Shown: in pieces, positions 8,856 through 17,652 of the stretch
Numbering within the stretch: position 1 is the first letter of the stretch
How the letters are laid out: the number at the start of each line of letters is the position of its first letter
Source of the DNA: Candidatus Methylomirabilota bacterium
GTDB lineage: Bacteria > Methylomirabilota > Methylomirabilia > Rokubacteriales > CSP1-6
Direction: 5' to 3'
DNA length: 34,646 bases
NCBI GenBank assembly: GCA_035260865.1
Contig: DATFUK010000336.1
Coordinates: 1-34,646, forward strand
Notes under the pieces: generated by a model
Database searches by the model: none
The model's input: only the letters and a program-made list of their open reading frames with translations
What the model was told of the DNA's origin: nothing
Translations under genes and position numbers: made by a program

Positions 8856-9635
8856 CTACTTGTAGAACTTCTCCGGGTCGGGGTCCTGCTTGCTGTTGAA
8901 GGCCCGCCCCATCTCCTTGGCCTCCTCGGTGTGGTAGTAGTTGGCGACCAGGTGATCGATGGACACGCGCGAGAGGCCGGCGACCCCGTTGTGCCGCGCG
9001 TGGAAGGCGGCCTTCAGCGCGCCCAGCGCCTGCGGCCCCCGCTTCTTCAGCTCCTCGCACATGGCCTCGGTGCGCGCGCGCAGCTCCGCGTGAGGCGCCA
9101 CGTCGTTGACGAGCCCCATCGCCTGCGCCTCCTTCGCAGAGTACTTGCGATTGAGGTACCAGATCTCCTTGGCCCGCTTGCGCCCCACCGAGTCCTCGAG
9201 GTACCAGGTGCCGAAGCCCGCGTCGTAGGAGCCCATCGCGGGTCCGACCTGTCGGAACGTGGCCTGCTCGCTCGCCACCGTGAGATCGCACATGTTGGCG
9301 AGCACGTTGCCGCCGCCCACCGAGAAGCCGTTGACCATCGCGATGACCGGCACCGGCATCATGTCGATGAGGGTGTAGAGATCCACCACCGGCGGCACGT
9401 TGTGATAGTGGAGCAGCCCGTCGTTGGGCTCCTTCTCGCCCCCGATGCAGAAGAAGCGGTCGCCCGCGCCGGTGATCACCACCACCCGCACGCCCGCGTC
9501 GTTGCGCGCCTCGTTGAGGGCCTGCGTCATCTCGAGGACGGTCTTGCGCCGGAAGGTGTTGCCCTTGTCGGGCCGGTTGATCGTGATCCACGCGATCTGA
9601 TTCTTGACCTCGGAGAGGATGTCCGTGTACGCCAT
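8856..9635 (-). CDS. MenB/BadI-family crotonase (1,4-dihydroxy-2-naphthoyl-CoA synthase-like), 259 aa
   Basis: Aligns by eye along its full length with MenB (ITINRP..N.F, ITGAGD..FC.GG, VNG...GGG..L...CDLT, FNSKQDP). GAAGGAG lies 7 nt upstream of ATG 9635. Confidence 0.85.
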   Translation of the reverse strand: MAYTDILSEVKNQIAWITINRPDKGNTFRRKTVLEMTQALNEARNDAGVRVVVITGAGDRFFCIGGEKEPNDGLLHYHNVPPVVDLYTLIDMMPVPVIAMVNGFSVGGGNVLANMCDLTVASEQATFRQVGPAMGSYDAGFGTWYLEDSVGRKRAKEIWYLNRKYSAKEAQAMGLVNDVAPHAELRARTEAMCEELKKRGPQALGALKAAFHARHNGVAGLSRVSIDHLVANYYHTEEAKEMGRAFNSKQDPDPEKFYK

Positions 9636-9651
9636 GATGCGACTCCTTCGT

Positions 9652-10440
9652 CTAGGGGAGCGGACGGGTCGGAATGCGGAAGAGCCGGTGCGCGTTCTCG
9701 GTGACGGTCGCCCCGAGCGCCTCGGGGGTGACCCCGCGGAGTCCGGCCACGTGCGCGGCGGTGATGGCCACCCACGCGGGCTCGTTGCGCTGCCCGCGAT
9801 GGGGATGCGGCGGCAGATAGGGGCAGTCGGTCTCCAGCACAAGGCGGTCGGCCGGCACGAAGCGGGCGACGTCGGGGAGGGCCCGCGCGTTCTTGTAGGT
9901 CACCGGCCCCGCGAGGGAGATCATCAGGTCCAGGTCGAGGCAGCGCTTGGCCACCTCCACGTCGGCCGAGAAGCAGTGCATCACGCCGCCGACCTCGCCG
10001 ACGCGCTCCTCCGAGAGGATCGCGAGGGCTTCCGGGTGCGCGTCGCGACAGTGGATGACCACGGGCTTGCCGACCCGCCGCGCCATGTCGAGCTGGCGGC
10101 GCAGCGCGGTCTCCTGCGCGGCGCGGGGTGAGAGGGCGCGGAAGAAGTCGAGGCCCATCTCGCCCAGCGCCACCACCCGGGCCGACCCGCGGGCCAGGCG
10201 CTCCATCGCCTCGAAGTCGGCCTCGGTGACCTCGCCCGCGTCATGCGGATGGATGCCCACCGTGGCCCAGACGTCGGGCAGGCGCTCGGCCAGCGACACC
10301 GCCGCCGGATTGGTCTCGCGGTCGGTGCCGATCGTCACCATCCCGGTCACCCCGGCGGCCTTCGCGCGCTCCAGCACCGCGTCGAGATCCGCCAGCAGCT
10401 CCGGGAAGTGCAGGTGCGCGTGCGTGTCGAAGAGGCGCAT
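9652..10440 (-). CDS. tatD: TatD family metal-dependent hydrolase/DNase
   Basis: MRLFDTHAHLHF start, EMGLDF, VVIHCRDA and LETDCPYL motifs. Confidence 0.9.
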   Translation of the reverse strand: MRLFDTHAHLHFPELLADLDAVLERAKAAGVTGMVTIGTDRETNPAAVSLAERLPDVWATVGIHPHDAGEVTEADFEAMERLARGSARVVALGEMGLDFFRALSPRAAQETALRRQLDMARRVGKPVVIHCRDAHPEALAILSEERVGEVGGVMHCFSADVEVAKRCLDLDLMISLAGPVTYKNARALPDVARFVPADRLVLETDCPYLPPHPHRGQRNEPAWVAITAAHVAGLRGVTPEALGATVTENAHRLFRIPTRPLP

Positions 10441-10462
10441 CGGTCGGTCCCGCGCAATGATA

Positions 10463-11482
10463 TCAGGGCGTGACGGTGAAGCGCAGGCGGCCGATGAGCT
10501 GGCCGCTCGCGGTCACCACATCCACCCGATACTGGCCCGCGATGGGCGCCTTGAGATCGGTGAAGCGCGAGAAGGTGCGGAAGCCCTCGCGCCGGCCCCC
10601 CATCACCGGGGTCGGCAGGATCACGCGGGCGAGCGGCCGGCGATCGCGCCACCAGACGTGCATGATGGGCTGCCGCACGCCGGCCGGCGCGTAGACCGCG
10701 GTGTAGGCGGCCAGCTCTCCCCACTCGAGCACGGTCGCGGTGGACACCACGCCGCCCTGCACCGGCTCCACCGGCTCCAGCTGGGCGACGCCGCGCGCGG
10801 CCACCGCGCGGGCCAGCACGAGGGGCGCGGGCGGCACGAGCCCGCGCGCGAACCAGACGAGGACCAGGGCGAGCGCGGCGGCGGCGAGGGCCACCCCGTG
10901 GGCCCGCAGCCAACCGGTGAACCCTTCCCGCCGGAAGGCGGGAGCGAGCGCGAGCGCGGCCATCACCGCGCTGGCCTCGAGCGAGAGGATGGGCTGCACC
11001 CCGACCAGCGGCAGCGCGACGTTGAGCGCGGCGAAGATGGAGAACGCGAGCAGCGCGTGGTTGAGCCAGGGGCGCGGGTGCACCACTCGCCGATAGATCG
11101 GGTCGACCGCGGTGACGAGCGCGCCGGCCGCGACGAGCGCGGGGAATACCACGTTCCGCGAGTCCAGCGTGGCCGCCGCGTAGTAGGCCGGAAGCACGAA
11201 GAGCAGCAGGTTGTGATAGAGCGTCTGGATCGTGTAGTCCGCGGCGGTGAGCACGAGATCCCGGCCGCGCTCGGTGAGCGGCGCGCGCAGCTCGGTGATG
11301 AGCACGAAGAGCAACCACAGGAGCAGCAGGTAGCCGACGATCCAGCCCACGTGCGGCAGCCCGCGGCGGAAGACGAGCAGGGCGGCCAGCCCCATCGAGA
11401 GCGACACGATCGAGATCGGCCAGCCGCCGAGCCAGCCGACCAGGGGCAGGCGCGGGGCCGGCGCGGCGCCCTGGTCCGTCAC
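10463..11482 (-). CDS. Multi-pass membrane protein with C-terminal DUF2914-like domain, 339 aa
   Basis: GTG 11482 forms a GTGA overlap with the upstream stop. Several TM helices are followed by HVWW...GFRTFS...GQYRVDVVTASGQLIGRLRF, typical of DUF2914. Confidence 0.65.
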   Translation of the reverse strand: MTDQGAAPAPRLPLVGWLGGWPISIVSLSMGLAALLVFRRGLPHVGWIVGYLLLLWLLFVLITELRAPLTERGRDLVLTAADYTIQTLYHNLLLFVLPAYYAAATLDSRNVVFPALVAAGALVTAVDPIYRRVVHPRPWLNHALLAFSIFAALNVALPLVGVQPILSLEASAVMAALALAPAFRREGFTGWLRAHGVALAAAALALVLVWFARGLVPPAPLVLARAVAARGVAQLEPVEPVQGGVVSTATVLEWGELAAYTAVYAPAGVRQPIMHVWWRDRRPLARVILPTPVMGGRREGFRTFSRFTDLKAPIAGQYRVDVVTASGQLIGRLRFTVTP

Positions 11483-12234
11483 GTCCGGACGGGCTCGGCG
11501 GGCACCGGGATCCCCTGCCGCCGCCAGTAGAAGAGGAAGAGCGCGATCGTGAAGAGGGACTGCGCCACCGCCAGCACGCAGTCGAAGAGGACACGCGCCA
11601 CGAAGTGATTGGCGCCGGGCAGCGTCCGGAAGGCCTGGCCGCCCGCGACCGCGACCCCGAAGATCAGCACGAAGAGCGCGGCGGCGGTCCACAGGATGCT
11701 CCAGCGCTGGCCCGCGGTGAGGTCGGCGGCCTGCCGCCAGGCGTTGAACGGGGACGCCCCGCCCAGCACGACCGCCGAGTCCACGAGCGCGAAGCGCACG
11801 AGGAGCACCAGGATGAGCAGGGTCAGACCGATGAGGATCAGGCTCCCCACGAGCCGGAGCACGGACCCCGTCTGGTAGATGAACAGCCAGCCGAGCGAGG
11901 GGAGCAGCAGCACCCAGATCACCACGAAGCGCACCAGCATGAGGCGGGGCCACGCGCTGAACCCCTCGGCGAGGGCCTGCCAGTAGGTGACCGGCACGCC
12001 CTGCTTGATGCGGGCGAGCGCGGACAGCAGCGCGCTCACCACGAACGGATCGAGCACCACCTGCGCGGTGAGGACGACCCGGAGCGCCCGGCCCGCCGAG
12101 TCCTCGCCCGGGTCGAAGAATTCGAGGTAGTTGAGCAGGAGGTGGGTGGGCAGCCACACGGTCAGCGAGATCAGGGTGAAGAGGTGCAGGTGGCGCGCGA
12201 GGAGGCCGAACGTCTCCCCGAGGACGGCGCGCAC
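11479..12234 (-). CDS. Hypothetical multi-pass membrane protein, 251 aa
   Basis: Hydrophobic helices throughout and high GC3. The GTG start shares 1 nt with the metG stop. No family assignment. Confidence 0.55.
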   Translation of the reverse strand: MRAVLGETFGLLARHLHLFTLISLTVWLPTHLLLNYLEFFDPGEDSAGRALRVVLTAQVVLDPFVVSALLSALARIKQGVPVTYWQALAEGFSAWPRLMLVRFVVIWVLLLPSLGWLFIYQTGSVLRLVGSLILIGLTLLILVLLVRFALVDSAVVLGGASPFNAWRQAADLTAGQRWSILWTAAALFVLIFGVAVAGGQAFRTLPGANHFVARVLFDCVLAVAQSLFTIALFLFYWRRQGIPVPAEPVRT

Positions 12235-14135
12235 TACTTGACCTTGGCGCCGGAGGGTAGGTCCCTGTCGAGAGTGATCAGCGACAGCGTGCCGCCGTGC
12301 TCGGCCGCGAGCACCATCCCGTTCGACTCGACGCCCATGAGCGTGGCCGGCTGGAGGTTGGCCACGATGACCACCTTCCGGCCGACGAGGTCGCCGGGCT
12401 CGTAGTGCTCGGCCACTCCCGCCACCAGCGTGCGGGTCTCCTCGCCCACCCGGATCGAGAGCTTGAGGAGCTTCTTGGACTTCGGCACCCGCTCGGCCGC
12501 GAGCACCTCCGCGACCCGCAGCTCCACCTTCTGGAAGTCGGTGATCGGGATCTTGCCCGCATCACCTCCGGCTCCCTCACCCGGCCCTCGCTGGAGGGAG
12601 AGGGTGGTGGGCGCGGCCTTGGTGTCGACGCGCGGGAACAGGCCGGAGATCTTGGTCGCCCGCGGCACCGACGTGAGGCGGCCCACGACGGCGGCCTCGA
12701 GCGTGGGCGGCGCGCTCTGTCCCAGCGCTAGGCGAATCTTGCGGGCCGCGTCCGGCAGGAAGGGATCGAGCATGATCCCGAGGAAGCCGAGCGAGTCCGC
12801 GAGCGTGCACAGCACCCGCTCGAGCCGGCGCCGCTTGGCCGGATCCTTGGCGAGGGCCCACGGCGCATTCGTGTCCACGTAGCGGTTTACCGCGCCGATG
12901 AAGCTCCAGAGCTCGGCGAGGGCCTTCTGGAAGGCGAACTCGCCCATCGCGTGGCCGACGAGGCTCTTCGTCTCCGCGGCGGCCATGTACATCTCCCGGT
13001 CGCCCGGCTCGATCGGCGCGATCACCTGCATGACCGCACCCGCCGCCGCGATCAGGGTGGTGGCGCGGCTCGCCAGGTTGCCGAGGTCGTTGGCCAGGTC
13101 CGCGTTGAGGCGGTCCACGAAGGCCTCCTCGCTGAAATTGGCGTCGAGGCCGAAGTTCATCTCGCGGAGGAGGAAGTACCGGAACGCGTCGTGGCCGTAC
13201 TTGTCGGTGAGCTGGAAGGCCTCCACCACGTTGCCGACGGACTTGGACATCTTGCTGCCGCCCAGCGACCAGTAGCCGTGGACGTTGAGCCGCCGGTAGA
13301 GCGGGATGCCCGCCGCCTTCAGCATGGTCGGCCAGTAGACCCCATGCGGCTTCAGGATGTCCTTGCCGATCAGGTGCTCGACGTGCTCCCAGAGCCCGTG
13401 GGTCTTCGGGTTCTCCGGGTCCGAGACCGCCGAGTAGTAGTTGAGGAGCGCGTCGAACCAGACATAGGTCACGTACTGGTCGTCGAAGGGCAGCGGGATG
13501 CCCCACTCGACCCGCGACCGGGGCCGGCTGATGGACAGATCCTGAAGCGGCTCGCGCAGGAAGCCCAGCACCTCGTTCCGGTACCGGTCGGGCTGGATGA
13601 AGCCGGGGTTGTCCTCCAGGTGCTTGATCAGCCACGCCTGGTACTTCGACATCTTGAAGAAGTAGTTCTTCTCCTTGACGAAGGTCAGCGCGGTCTGGTG
13701 ATCGGGACACTTGCCGTCCACGATCTCCTTCTCGGTGTAGAAGCGCTCGCAGCCGTAGCAGTACCAGCCTCCGTACTCGCCGAAGTAGATCTCCCCCGCG
13801 TCGTGGAGGCGCTGCAGAACCTCCTGCACCACCTTCCGGTGGCGGGGCTCGGTGGTGCGGATGAAGTCGTCGTTGGTGATCCCGAGGCGACGCCACGTCT
13901 CCTGGAAGACCGCCGCGATCTCGTCCGCGTAGGCCTGCGGCGACTTGCCGGCGGCGGCGGCCACCTGGGCGATCCGCTCGCCGTGCTCGTCGGTGCCGGT
14001 GAGGAGGTACACGCGGTCGCCCGCGAGCCGGCGGTAGCGGCACATCGCGTCGGCCATGATGGTGGTGCACGCGTGCCCGAGGTGCGGACGCGCGTTGACG
14101 TAGTAGATCGGGGTCGTGAGATAGAAGGTGCTCAT
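12234..14135 (-). CDS. metG: Methionine--tRNA ligase with C-terminal tRNA-binding (Trbp111/EMAP-like) domain
   Basis: HIGH-region variant (PHLGH), KMSKS motif present, zinc knuckle (CYGCERF...CPDH), and a C-terminal OB-fold tail. Confidence 0.95.
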   Translation of the reverse strand: MSTFYLTTPIYYVNARPHLGHACTTIMADAMCRYRRLAGDRVYLLTGTDEHGERIAQVAAAAGKSPQAYADEIAAVFQETWRRLGITNDDFIRTTEPRHRKVVQEVLQRLHDAGEIYFGEYGGWYCYGCERFYTEKEIVDGKCPDHQTALTFVKEKNYFFKMSKYQAWLIKHLEDNPGFIQPDRYRNEVLGFLREPLQDLSISRPRSRVEWGIPLPFDDQYVTYVWFDALLNYYSAVSDPENPKTHGLWEHVEHLIGKDILKPHGVYWPTMLKAAGIPLYRRLNVHGYWSLGGSKMSKSVGNVVEAFQLTDKYGHDAFRYFLLREMNFGLDANFSEEAFVDRLNADLANDLGNLASRATTLIAAAGAVMQVIAPIEPGDREMYMAAAETKSLVGHAMGEFAFQKALAELWSFIGAVNRYVDTNAPWALAKDPAKRRRLERVLCTLADSLGFLGIMLDPFLPDAARKIRLALGQSAPPTLEAAVVGRLTSVPRATKISGLFPRVDTKAAPTTLSLQRGPGEGAGGDAGKIPITDFQKVELRVAEVLAAERVPKSKKLLKLSIRVGEETRTLVAGVAEHYEPGDLVGRKVVIVANLQPATLMGVESNGMVLAAEHGGTLSLITLDRDLPSGAKVK

Positions 14136-14156
14136 GCGTCGGGGTGGACGACCGCC

Positions 14157-15047
14157 TCAGGCCGGCTTGACGTGGTCGCGTCCTTCCCAGGTGAGCTGCT
14201 CGAGTGGGACCTCCGCCTCGGTGCCGTCCGGGAAGCCGACGACCACCGACTGCTTCAGCACCCGCAGCGACCGCACCTTGCCGGTCATGCAGCCGCCCCC
14301 GCCGCAATCCGCGGAGCAGGCGGTGTTCACGCGCGGCAGCCGCGAGCGCAGCTCCTCGTAGGTCGAGAACTCGTAGAGCAGGCAGCACTTGAGCCGCCCG
14401 CAATTGCCGAGGAGCCGGCTGTCGGTGAGCGGCATGTCCTGGGCCTTGGCCATCTTCACCGAGATCGGGTCGAACTTGCGGAGGTGTGAGGAGCAGCAGA
14501 GCTGCCGGCCGCAGGGGCCGATGCCGTCGAGCATCTTGGTGGTGTCGCGCGCCCCGATCTGGCGCATCTCGATCCGCGCGTGGAACTCGCGGGCGAGGTC
14601 GCGCACGAGGTCGCGGAAGTCCACCCGCTCCTCCGAGTTGAAGAAGACGGTGACCCGGCGGCGCGAGGCCTCGATCTCCACGTCCACGATCTTCATGGCG
14701 AGCGCGCGCGCGCGGGCCATCCGCTGGCACGTCTCCACACCGCGCACCTCGCGCGCCCGGCGGTCGCGCCACTCGCCCGCCTCCGCGGTGGTGGCGCGCC
14801 GGACCACGCGGCGGTAGACGCGGTCGCGCTTGAAGGCGGGCAGCGCGCGCTTGGGGCGGCGCACCTCGCCCACCGCGCTGCCCCCGCCCATGTCCACCAC
14901 CACGAGGTCGCCCACGTGGAGATCGGTGTCGGTGGTCAGGTGGTCCTCGGCCAGGAGCGGCTCGCGCAGCCGCACCCCGATCAGGTACTGCGGCGTCTCC
15001 TCGGCCACCGAGGCGGCGGTCGCGGCGGGCTCGAGCGGCTCGGTCAT
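14157..15047 (-). CDS. ricT: PSP1-domain protein (RicT/YaaT-like)
   Basis: PSP1 core (VFFNSEERVDFRDLVRDLAREF...IEMRQIG.RD) with Cys clusters GPCGRQLCC and CGRLKCC. It occupies the conserved position after holB. Confidence 0.85.
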   Translation of the reverse strand: MTEPLEPAATAASVAEETPQYLIGVRLREPLLAEDHLTTDTDLHVGDLVVVDMGGGSAVGEVRRPKRALPAFKRDRVYRRVVRRATTAEAGEWRDRRAREVRGVETCQRMARARALAMKIVDVEIEASRRRVTVFFNSEERVDFRDLVRDLAREFHARIEMRQIGARDTTKMLDGIGPCGRQLCCSSHLRKFDPISVKMAKAQDMPLTDSRLLGNCGRLKCCLLYEFSTYEELRSRLPRVNTACSADCGGGGCMTGKVRSLRVLKQSVVVGFPDGTEAEVPLEQLTWEGRDHVKPA

Positions 15048-15048
15048 G

Positions 15049-15936
15049 TCAGGCGGCCTTTCCGGTGAGCCGGCCCAGCAGCACTTCCACGCTGAGCCGG
15101 GGCGAGACGCTTCCCTGCAGCGCGAACCACGCCTCGCGACAATCGCGCAGCGCGCCCAGCACCCGATCGAGCGAGCGCCCCCCGCCCGCCTTCGCGGCGG
15201 CCTCGCCGAAGACGGCCAGGGCGGGGGCGCCGGCCGCCGCGCAGAGCAGATCGCGGTGCCAGAGCCAGCACGCCTGGACGAACGCCTCGGCGGCCGGCCG
15301 GTCGCGGCCGACCTGGTCGCCCAGGCGCAGGATGGCCTCGACGCCCTGCTCGCGCGCCTCGGCCAGGAGCCGCAGGCTACGGGTATGCGCCTCGCCGCTC
15401 ACGTCGGGGAAGAGCGCGGGCGCGCCCGCTACGAGCCGGGGGAGGAAGCGCACGACCTGGCAGCGCGAGAGCACGGTGGCGGGCAGCGCGCGGATCTGGG
15501 AGAGGACCAGGATGATCACGGTCCGCGCCGGCGGCTCCTCGAGCGTCTTGAGCAGGGCCTGCGGCGTCGAGGCGGTCATCTTCTCCGCCTCGTCCACGAT
15601 GAAGACCTTCCAGGCCGCCTCGGCGGGCTTGAGCGAAGCCCGGCGCTCCAGCTCCCGGATCGCCTCGATGCGCAGCGCCGGCGTGCCCTTGGGATTGCTC
15701 GGGGGCGGCGTCGGCCCCAGCAGGTGCACGTCCGGATGGCTGCCGCGCTCGACGCGGGCGGCGGCGGGGCCCCCCTGCGGCGCGACGAGGGCGGACGCGA
15801 AGGCCAGCGCGGTGGCCTTGCGGCCCGAACCCTCGGGGCCGACGAAGGCGTAGGCGTGGGCCACCCGCTCCGAGGCGATCGCGCGCCGCAGCAGCGTCAC
15901 CGCCTCGGCCTGGTCGCGGATCGCGTCAAGCGCCAC
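15049..15936 (-). CDS. holB: DNA polymerase III delta-prime subunit (track ORF trimmed to GTG 15936)
   Basis: HAYAFVGPEGSGRKATA Walker-like motif and the SRCQVVRF box. Conserved tmk-holB order. The start is uncertain by a few codons. Confidence 0.8.
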   Translation of the reverse strand: MALDAIRDQAEAVTLLRRAIASERVAHAYAFVGPEGSGRKATALAFASALVAPQGGPAAARVERGSHPDVHLLGPTPPPSNPKGTPALRIEAIRELERRASLKPAEAAWKVFIVDEAEKMTASTPQALLKTLEEPPARTVIILVLSQIRALPATVLSRCQVVRFLPRLVAGAPALFPDVSGEAHTRSLRLLAEAREQGVEAILRLGDQVGRDRPAAEAFVQACWLWHRDLLCAAAGAPALAVFGEAAAKAGGGRSLDRVLGALRDCREAWFALQGSVSPRLSVEVLLGRLTGKAA

Positions 15937-16564
15937 GCAGGCCTCCGCGCCGCGCCAGCAGCTCGTCCACCGCGCGCACGACGTCGGCGTGGAGCGCGTC
16001 CGGATCGCGGTCGGCGTCCAGCACCACCACGCGATTCTTGTCCGCGCGCGCGATCTCCAGATACCCCTCGCGCACGCGGCGGTGGAAGGCGGTGTCCATC
16101 TTCTCGAAGGCGTCGAGCGCACGCCCGCGGATGCGCCGCATCCCCGAGACCGGATCGAGATCCAGCACCAGCGTGAGGTCGGGGAGGACCCCGCCCGTCG
16201 CCAGCATGTTCAGCTCCCGGATCGTCTGGACGTCCATGCCCTGGCCGTAGCCCTGGTAGGCGACCGTCGCGTCCGCGTAGCGGTCGGAGATCACCACCGC
16301 GCCCCGCGCGAGCGCCGGCGCGATGACGCGCGTGACGTGCTCCTGACGCGCGGCCATGAAGAGGAAGGCCTGGGTGAGCGGTGTCGGCGTGGGACCGGCG
16401 GCCTCGAACAGCGCGCGCACCCGGACGCCCAGCGGGGTGCCGTCGGGCTCGCTGGTCCGCACAACTTGGAGGCCGCGCCCCGATAAATGCTGCTCCAGCC
16501 GCGCGCACTGGGTGGATTTGCCGGATCCCTCGACGCCCTCGACCGTGATCAGCACCGCAGGCAT
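15926..16564 (-). CDS. tmk: dTMP (thymidylate) kinase
   Basis: ITVEGVEGSGKST P-loop and the DRY motif (ISDRYADAT). Confidence 0.92.
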   Translation of the reverse strand: MPAVLITVEGVEGSGKSTQCARLEQHLSGRGLQVVRTSEPDGTPLGVRVRALFEAAGPTPTPLTQAFLFMAARQEHVTRVIAPALARGAVVISDRYADATVAYQGYGQGMDVQTIRELNMLATGGVLPDLTLVLDLDPVSGMRRIRGRALDAFEKMDTAFHRRVREGYLEIARADKNRVVVLDADRDPDALHADVVRAVDELLARRGGLRGA

Positions 16565-16570
16565 GGGCGT

Positions 16571-16579
16571 ACTCTAACA
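16571..16579 (-). promoter_or_regulatory. Extended -10 element (TGT-TAGAGT) 6 nt upstream of the tmk ATG; putative leaderless promoter
   Basis: The minus strand reads TGTTAGAGT-acgccc-ATG. There is no Shine-Dalgarno before tmk. No convincing -35. Confidence 0.3.
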
Positions 16580-16703
16580 CACTGATTTGGCGGGGGCCCC
16601 CTCGCCACCCCGGGGGCTAGCTCAGGGTAATTTCTTCCACAGTTGGCACCCCGCCTTTCTTAACGCGAAGCAGCGAACCCGACGAGAACCCGCGCGGAAC
16701 GGG

Positions 16704-16723
16704 TCTTTCCGTCTCTTTCCGTC
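16704..16723. repeat. Tandem direct 10-mer (TCTTTCCGTC x2) flanked by CGGAAC on both sides
   Basis: Read directly. It lies inside the atypical 318-nt non-coding stretch 16565-16882. Confidence 0.7.
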
Positions 16724-16882
16724 GGAACACGCGGTGGCGCGCCTCTTGCTCTTCTCTGGAACACTCGCGGCGGAGAGCGGGTTGAAGAAGTAGCGGAGTC
16801 CTCGCCACACACCGGTTCTGAGCGAGGTTCAACCCGCCTCCGCCGAGGGTCCTAGTCACGTCGGGTCGGGAGGGGCGAGATC

Positions 16883-17239
16883 ATGGAGAGCAGCCTGGCG
16901 CTACAGAGCACGGGGATGCGTGGCCGCGGACTCGGCTGGCGGGCCGAGCGGTGCGCGGACCCGCAAAGTTGCGACCTTCACCTCTGTATCTCGGACGACC
17001 GCGGCAGCTTCTGGCACCCCGCGGATCCCCTTGCGTTCGCCCGCTGGCGCATTCGCGCCGACATCGACGCCATTCCGGCCCACGTGGCGGTCCGCATGAG
17101 CCGCGGCCGGGAGGCGATCCGGCGCGGCATGATGCTGGGCGCGATCGGGGTCGGCGGCACCGCCGCGGTGCTGGGCAGCGTGTGGTGGGGCCGTCAGAGG
17201 CGCTTCTCCATGAAGACGCTGAGCGGATCCGGGCTGTAG
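16883..17239 (+). CDS. Hypothetical small protein with C-terminal TM helix, 118 aa
   Basis: GGGAGGGG lies 8 nt upstream of ATG 16883. High GC3. TM segment GMMLGAIGVGGTAAVLGSVWWG. Its 3' end overlaps the convergent GNAT gene by 46 nt, which lowers confidence. Confidence 0.4.
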   Translation: MESSLALQSTGMRGRGLGWRAERCADPQSCDLHLCISDDRGSFWHPADPLAFARWRIRADIDAIPAHVAVRMSRGREAIRRGMMLGAIGVGGTAAVLGSVWWGRQRRFSMKTLSGSGL

Positions 17240-17652
17240 TCGGCGAACGCTTCACGCTCCACGTAGCCCGCGGAGCGGTAGAGCCCGAGCGCCTCCGGCT
17301 GGTGAATGCCGGTCTCGAGGCGCAGGAAGCCGACCCCCTCCCGTCGCGCCTCCTCTTCGATCCGCTCGAGGAGACGGCGCCCGAGCTTGAGTCCCCGGGC
17401 CTCCGGGGATATGAACATTCGCTTCAGCTCCCCCCATCCCGCCGGATCGATCCGTAGCGCGCCGCAGCCCAAGGCCTGCCCATCCCGCCTCGCGACGAAG
17501 AAGCGCACGCTCGGCTCCGCCAGCGCGTCCACGTCCACGAAGTGGTTGCTCTCCGCCGGGTAGAGGACGCTCTGGTAGACGTCGAGCGCCTCGATCAGGC
17601 GCATCACGTCGGCCTGCCGGGGCGACTCGATGCGCAGCGTGATCTCGGTCAT
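17194..17652 (-). CDS. GNAT family N-acetyltransferase
   Basis: Acetyl-CoA-binding motif RGLKLGRRLLERIEEEA. 152 aa. ATGA overlap with the upstream gene. Confidence 0.85.
   Translation of the reverse strand: MTEITLRIESPRQADVMRLIEALDVYQSVLYPAESNHFVDVDALAEPSVRFFVARRDGQALGCGALRIDPAGWGELKRMFISPEARGLKLGRRLLERIEEEARREGVGFLRLETGIHQPEALGLYRSAGYVEREAFADYSPDPLSVFMEKRL

Noticed and set aside
12577-14772. 731-aa minus-strand ORF overlapping metG and ricT
   Set aside because: It is out of frame relative to the unmistakable MetRS sequence, and its composition is that of a shadow ORF.
16617-16859. 80-aa and 62-aa minus-strand ORFs and a 68-aa plus-strand ORF in the tmk upstream region
   Set aside because: Third-position GC is low with many A/T-ending codons, unlike all confident genes. 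There is no ribosome-binding site and no family resemblance. I treat the region as non-coding.
16800-16860. TPP-riboswitch-like (GGGUUGAACCU...) and tRNA T-loop-like (GGTTCAACCC) strings; I also considered tRNA-Sec, tmRNA, RNase P and SRP RNA
   Set aside because: The obligatory partner elements are missing. There is no CUGAGA/P2-P3 for TPP, no complementary T-stem or acceptor stem, no UCA anticodon arm, and no GGAAAGUCCGG for RNase P. The gene context does not fit either.
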